This document shows positions 60,591-64,000 of a stretch of DNA of 64,000 nt, piece after piece. Source of the DNA: Alphaproteobacteria bacterium (GTDB taxonomy: Bacteria > Pseudomonadota > Alphaproteobacteria > SP197). The stretch lies in NCBI GenBank assembly GCA_964291415.2, contig OZ219918.1, positions 288,001-352,000 of the forward strand. The letters are read 5' to 3'. The first letter of the stretch is position 1. Each line of letters starts with the position of its first letter. Position numbers and translations under genes: made by a program. The notes under the pieces were generated by a model. That model worked only from the letters and a program-made list of their open reading frames with translations. It did not search any database and was not told where the DNA came from.

Positions 60591-62192
60591 GTGACGACAT
60601 TCGATGAACTGAAGCGGGATTTTTCCGAGGGTCGCGTCGACCGGCGTGACTTCATCCGGCGGGCGACAGCCATGGGCATGGCTGCGGCCATCCCGGCCGG
60701 CATCCTCGCCGAAGAGGCGAGGGCATCGGAACCCCGACGCGGCGGGCTGTTTCGCTCGGCGGTGCGCGGCGGTGCCACGTCGGACAGTCTCGACGGGGCA
60801 GCTCTGCTCGATACGCACAACATCATGACGTCCTGGACCTGCCGCAACAACCTGACGGAAGTGGCCCCGGATGGGAGCATTGTCGGGGAACTCGCGGAAA
60901 GTTGGGAAGCCTCGGCGGATGCCGCCATCTGGGTCTTCAACCTGCGCGACGGCGTCGAATTCCACAACGGCAAGTCCCTCGACGCGGATGATGTGATTTT
61001 CTCCATCAATCATCATCGCGGCCCGGACTCGACGTCGGGCGGATCAGGTGCCGTCGCCAGCATCGAGAGCATCGAGGCGGACGGCAAGGGCAAGGTCGTG
61101 TTCAACCTTTCGGGCGGCAGCGCGGACTTTCCCTTCCTGATGGCCGACTACCATCTGACCATCGTTCCCGACGGAACCGATGCAGCCGGCTGGGAGGCGG
61201 GCATCGGTACCGGTCCCTTTGTCTTGACGGCCTGGGAACCGGGAATTCGCTCCGCCGGCACGCGCAATCCCAACTACTTCAAGGAAGGGCGTCCTTACTT
61301 CGACGAGTGCGAAACTCTGAACGTCGGGGACGTGACGGCACGAATGACAGCGCTGCGCACCGGCGAAGTCGATGCCATGGAGGAACCGGAACTCAAGGGA
61401 GTCGACATGCTTGCGGAGATTCCCGGCCTGAGTGTCAAGGAAGTCGGCGGAACGAAACACTTCACGTTCCCGATGCACACCGACGTGGCGCCCTTCGATA
61501 ACAACGATGTGCGACTGGCGCTGAAGTTCGCCGTCGACCGGGAGGCCATCCTCAATACCATTCTGCGAGGTCATGGGTATCTTGGAAACGATCATCCGAT
61601 CGGGGCAAGCCAGCGCTACTTTGCAGCCGATCTGCCCATACGTGAGTACGATCCCGAAAGGGCCATGCATCACCTGAAGAAGGCGGGCCTGGACAGCCTC
61701 ACGATCCCGCTGCACGCCGCGGACATCTATGCCGGCGGCATGGACAGTGCAATTGTCTTCAGTGAGAGCGCCGCTGTTGCCGGAATCACGCTCGAGATCG
61801 TCCGCGAACCGATTGACGGTTACTGGTCGAACGTCTGGATGCAGAAGCCGTTCAGCGTGTGTTACTGGGGCGGGCGTCCGACGTCGGACTGGATGTTCTC
61901 CACCGCCTACGCTGCCGAAGCCAGCTGGAACGATACGAACTGGAAACACGACAGGTTCAACGAATTGCTGGTTGCGGCGCGCGGTGAACTGGATGATGCG
62001 AAGAGACGGCAAATGTATCACGACATGCAACAGATTTGCCGGGACGAGGGTGGCGTTGTCGTTCCGGTCTTTGCCAACTGGCTCAACGGAGTGAGCGACA
62101 AGATCGCAACACCGGAACGCATCGCCGGCAATTGGCCCCTTGATGGCGACAAGGCGCCGGAACGCTGGTGGTTCGCCGAGGGCGGCGCCTGA
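60591..62192 (+). CDS. ABC transporter substrate-binding protein family 5 (Tat-exported)
   Basis: DRRDFI Tat motif, LAESWE, FHNGK, GTGPF and DVRLALK motifs. Confidence 0.92.
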   Translation: MTTFDELKRDFSEGRVDRRDFIRRATAMGMAAAIPAGILAEEARASEPRRGGLFRSAVRGGATSDSLDGAALLDTHNIMTSWTCRNNLTEVAPDGSIVGELAESWEASADAAIWVFNLRDGVEFHNGKSLDADDVIFSINHHRGPDSTSGGSGAVASIESIEADGKGKVVFNLSGGSADFPFLMADYHLTIVPDGTDAAGWEAGIGTGPFVLTAWEPGIRSAGTRNPNYFKEGRPYFDECETLNVGDVTARMTALRTGEVDAMEEPELKGVDMLAEIPGLSVKEVGGTKHFTFPMHTDVAPFDNNDVRLALKFAVDREAILNTILRGHGYLGNDHPIGASQRYFAADLPIREYDPERAMHHLKKAGLDSLTIPLHAADIYAGGMDSAIVFSESAAVAGITLEIVREPIDGYWSNVWMQKPFSVCYWGGRPTSDWMFSTAYAAEASWNDTNWKHDRFNELLVAARGELDDAKRRQMYHDMQQICRDEGGVVVPVFANWLNGVSDKIATPERIAGNWPLDGDKAPERWWFAEGGA

Positions 62193-62222
62193 TCGTCTGC
62201 GTGAGCCTCGACACGGTGGAGC

Positions 62223-62259
62223 TGTCGTCCCGGGATAAGGCCCCGGGGCGACAGTTTCC
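62223..62259 (+). terminator. Hairpin between the SBP and hydro-lyase genes
   Basis: CTGTCGTCCCGGG...CCCGGGGCGACAG followed by TTT. Confidence 0.5.
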
Positions 62260-62274
62260 TTCGGAGGCCTTGCC

Positions 62275-64000
62275 GTGACGTTGGTGATTCATGGCCGGGC
62301 GAGAAAGCTCGGTGACGATATCGATACCGACCAGATGGCGCCGTATCCCTTTGGACGCAACTGGGAAGAGGTGCGTGGTCGGATTTTTCCCGACCACCGG
62401 AAATTCGTAGAGACGTTCCAGCCCGGCGACATCATCGTCGCCGGGCGGAACTGGGGTTGCGGCTCCAGCAGGGAGCCGGCAACCGCCAACATGAAATCCC
62501 TGGGCGCGGCCGCCATCGTCGCGGAATCCTTCGCGCGAATCTTCTTTCGCAACGGGATCGCGCTTGGTTTGCCATGCATCCCCTGCGCCGGAATCGCGAC
62601 GGCCTGCTCCGATGGCGACGAGATCACGATCGATCTGGAAGCCGGGGTGGTCCGGAACAGAACAAGCGGGCACACGCTCCGATTTCCCGCCTTTCCGGAC
62701 ACCGTACGCACGATCCTCGCCGAAGGCGGCATCCTCGAGGTTCTGGGCAAGTCCCCGGTTGCCGAGATTGTTCCGCGATCACTTGACGAGCTCGAACCAG
62801 GCCAGACCATGGCCGAGAAAATCCTCGCCCGGGCCAGCGGGCGGACGAAGGCCAGCCCGGGAGAACTGGTCGTCGCCAGGGCGGACAGGGCTGTCCTGAT
62901 CGAATTCATGGTGTCCTGTGTCGATCGGCTGGCCGCGGTCGGAGTGCAGGACTTCTGGGACCCGGACAAGGTTTCCTCGGTCAGCACGCTGCGGTTTCCG
63001 GCTCCTGATCCCGAAGCGGCCCGTGTCCACAGCCGGATGAGGGAGATTGCAGCCGACAAGGGTCTCTCGTGCTTCTACGGTCATGAAGGGATCGTCAACC
63101 AGGTGATGGTCGAGAAGGGCGACATCCTGCCGGGCAACCTCGTGTTCGGGACGGACTCGCACAGCACGTCCTATGGTGTCATGGGCGCCGCCGGAACAGG
63201 TCTCGGCATCACCGAAATGAGCTACGTTCTGGCGACCGGGCAGCTCTGGATGCAGGTGCCGGAAACCATCCGGTTTTCCCTGGACGGTTCGCCCGGGCCC
63301 GGCGTGATGTCGAAGGATCTCATTCTGTATCTCCTCGGCCGGTACGGTGCCGATTTTGCGCAGTACAAGGCGATCGAGTTTGCCGGCGACCTTGTCGACC
63401 GCATGAGTATCGCGAGCCGGTTCACCATGGCCAACATGGGCGTGGAGATGGGGGCCAAGTTCGCGATGTTCGAGGCTGATGAGAAGGTTCTGGACTACCT
63501 CCGCCGGCGGACCGATATCCCGCTTTCGTCCTTCGGACCCGATGAGGATGCCGACTACGCATTCGAAGCCAGGATCGATGTTTCCGCAATCTCCCCGCAA
63601 GTGGCCAAGCCCTACAGTCCCGCCAACGTGAGCCCGGTGGAAGACCTTGAGGGAACGGCGCTCGACCAGGTGTTTCTTGGCTCCTGTACCAACGCCCGGC
63701 TGGAAGACATCGCCATAGCCGCAAGAATTCTGAAGGGCCATTCCGTCGCTCCCACCACCCGCCTGCTGGTCACGCCGGCATCGAGCCACACGCTGCTGGA
63801 GGCGACGCGGGCAGGTTATGTCGAGACCCTGCTGGAGGCGGGTGCCCACATCACCCCGTCCGGTTGCGGGGCGTGTCCCGGAGGGAGCAACGGGGTCCTC
63901 GGCGCCGGCGAAACGTGCCTTTCGACGTCCAACCGCAACTTCAGGGGTCGCATGGGCAGCCCCGACGCTTTCATCTATCTTGCGTCTCCCGCGACGGCGG
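62275..64000 (+). CDS. Fused LeuD-LeuC-like (aconitase family) hydro-lyase, 3'-truncated by the window edge
   Basis: GGAGG RBS plus GTG. One open frame: GDDIDTDQ...NWGCGSSRE...AESFARIFFRN (small subunit), then a linker, then GQTMAEKILARA...TDSH...GSCTN...GCGAC...NRNFRGRMG (large subunit). Missing from the ORF track because it has no stop codon in the window. Confidence 0.9.
   Translation, partial: MTLVIHGRARKLGDDIDTDQMAPYPFGRNWEEVRGRIFPDHRKFVETFQPGDIIVAGRNWGCGSSREPATANMKSLGAAAIVAESFARIFFRNGIALGLPCIPCAGIATACSDGDEITIDLEAGVVRNRTSGHTLRFPAFPDTVRTILAEGGILEVLGKSPVAEIVPRSLDELEPGQTMAEKILARASGRTKASPGELVVARADRAVLIEFMVSCVDRLAAVGVQDFWDPDKVSSVSTLRFPAPDPEAARVHSRMREIAADKGLSCFYGHEGIVNQVMVEKGDILPGNLVFGTDSHSTSYGVMGAAGTGLGITEMSYVLATGQLWMQVPETIRFSLDGSPGPGVMSKDLILYLLGRYGADFAQYKAIEFAGDLVDRMSIASRFTMANMGVEMGAKFAMFEADEKVLDYLRRRTDIPLSSFGPDEDADYAFEARIDVSAISPQVAKPYSPANVSPVEDLEGTALDQVFLGSCTNARLEDIAIAARILKGHSVAPTTRLLVTPASSHTLLEATRAGYVETLLEAGAHITPSGCGACPGGSNGVLGAGETCLSTSNRNFRGRMGSPDAFIYLASPATA

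Noticed and set aside
62200-62259. ykkC/guanidine-I riboswitch (ACACGG...GGGATAAGGCCCCGGG resemblance)
   Set aside because: The 5' conserved core is absent, and a simple intergenic hairpin explains the sequence better.

Overview
GC-rich alphaproteobacterial chromosomal window, probably Rhodospirillales/Geminicoccales-like. The accessory gene types resemble those I associate with marine-invertebrate (sponge) symbiont genomes, but that is an inference. From left to right: (1) a GntR-centred catabolic locus (1.2-10.7 kb) with potABC-like transporter genes but no binding protein, a class III aminotransferase and a very divergent LeuA/homocitrate-synthase-like DRE-TIM enzyme. The divergent arm carries a MocD-like membrane di-iron oxygenase, a Rieske ferredoxin and a homocysteine S-methyltransferase-like protein, and candidate operators recur at three promoters. 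(2) A cobalamin cluster (cbiX, cobD ... cobQ, cobO, cobN, cobW, B12 riboswitch, cobU). It is split by a ~10 kb accessory block that begins at a tRNA-3'-end-like scar and carries a P450, a LuxR-type regulator plus a partial copy, SulP-STAS-cNMP, an IS21 istB relic, a nitronate monooxygenase plus a partial copy, and an amidase. (3) A serine recombinase relic, cell-wall enzymes, nifU, usp, TauE/TIGR02186, ftsK, a dapC-like gene, ubiH, MFS, GNAT and HAD genes. (4) A polar amino-acid ABC operon with hisN. (5) A decayed RelE/HigB-type toxin separated from its intact antitoxin by a 298-bp IS1595-like MITE. (6) A molybdopterin oxidoreductase, a Nudix hydrolase, an orphan peptide-type SBP, and a fused LeuD-LeuC-like hydro-lyase with non-canonical active-site residues. 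This last ORF runs off the window end and is missing from the ORF track. I found no CRISPR array, rRNA or complete tRNA. All calls come from motif recognition by eye; no database searches were run.
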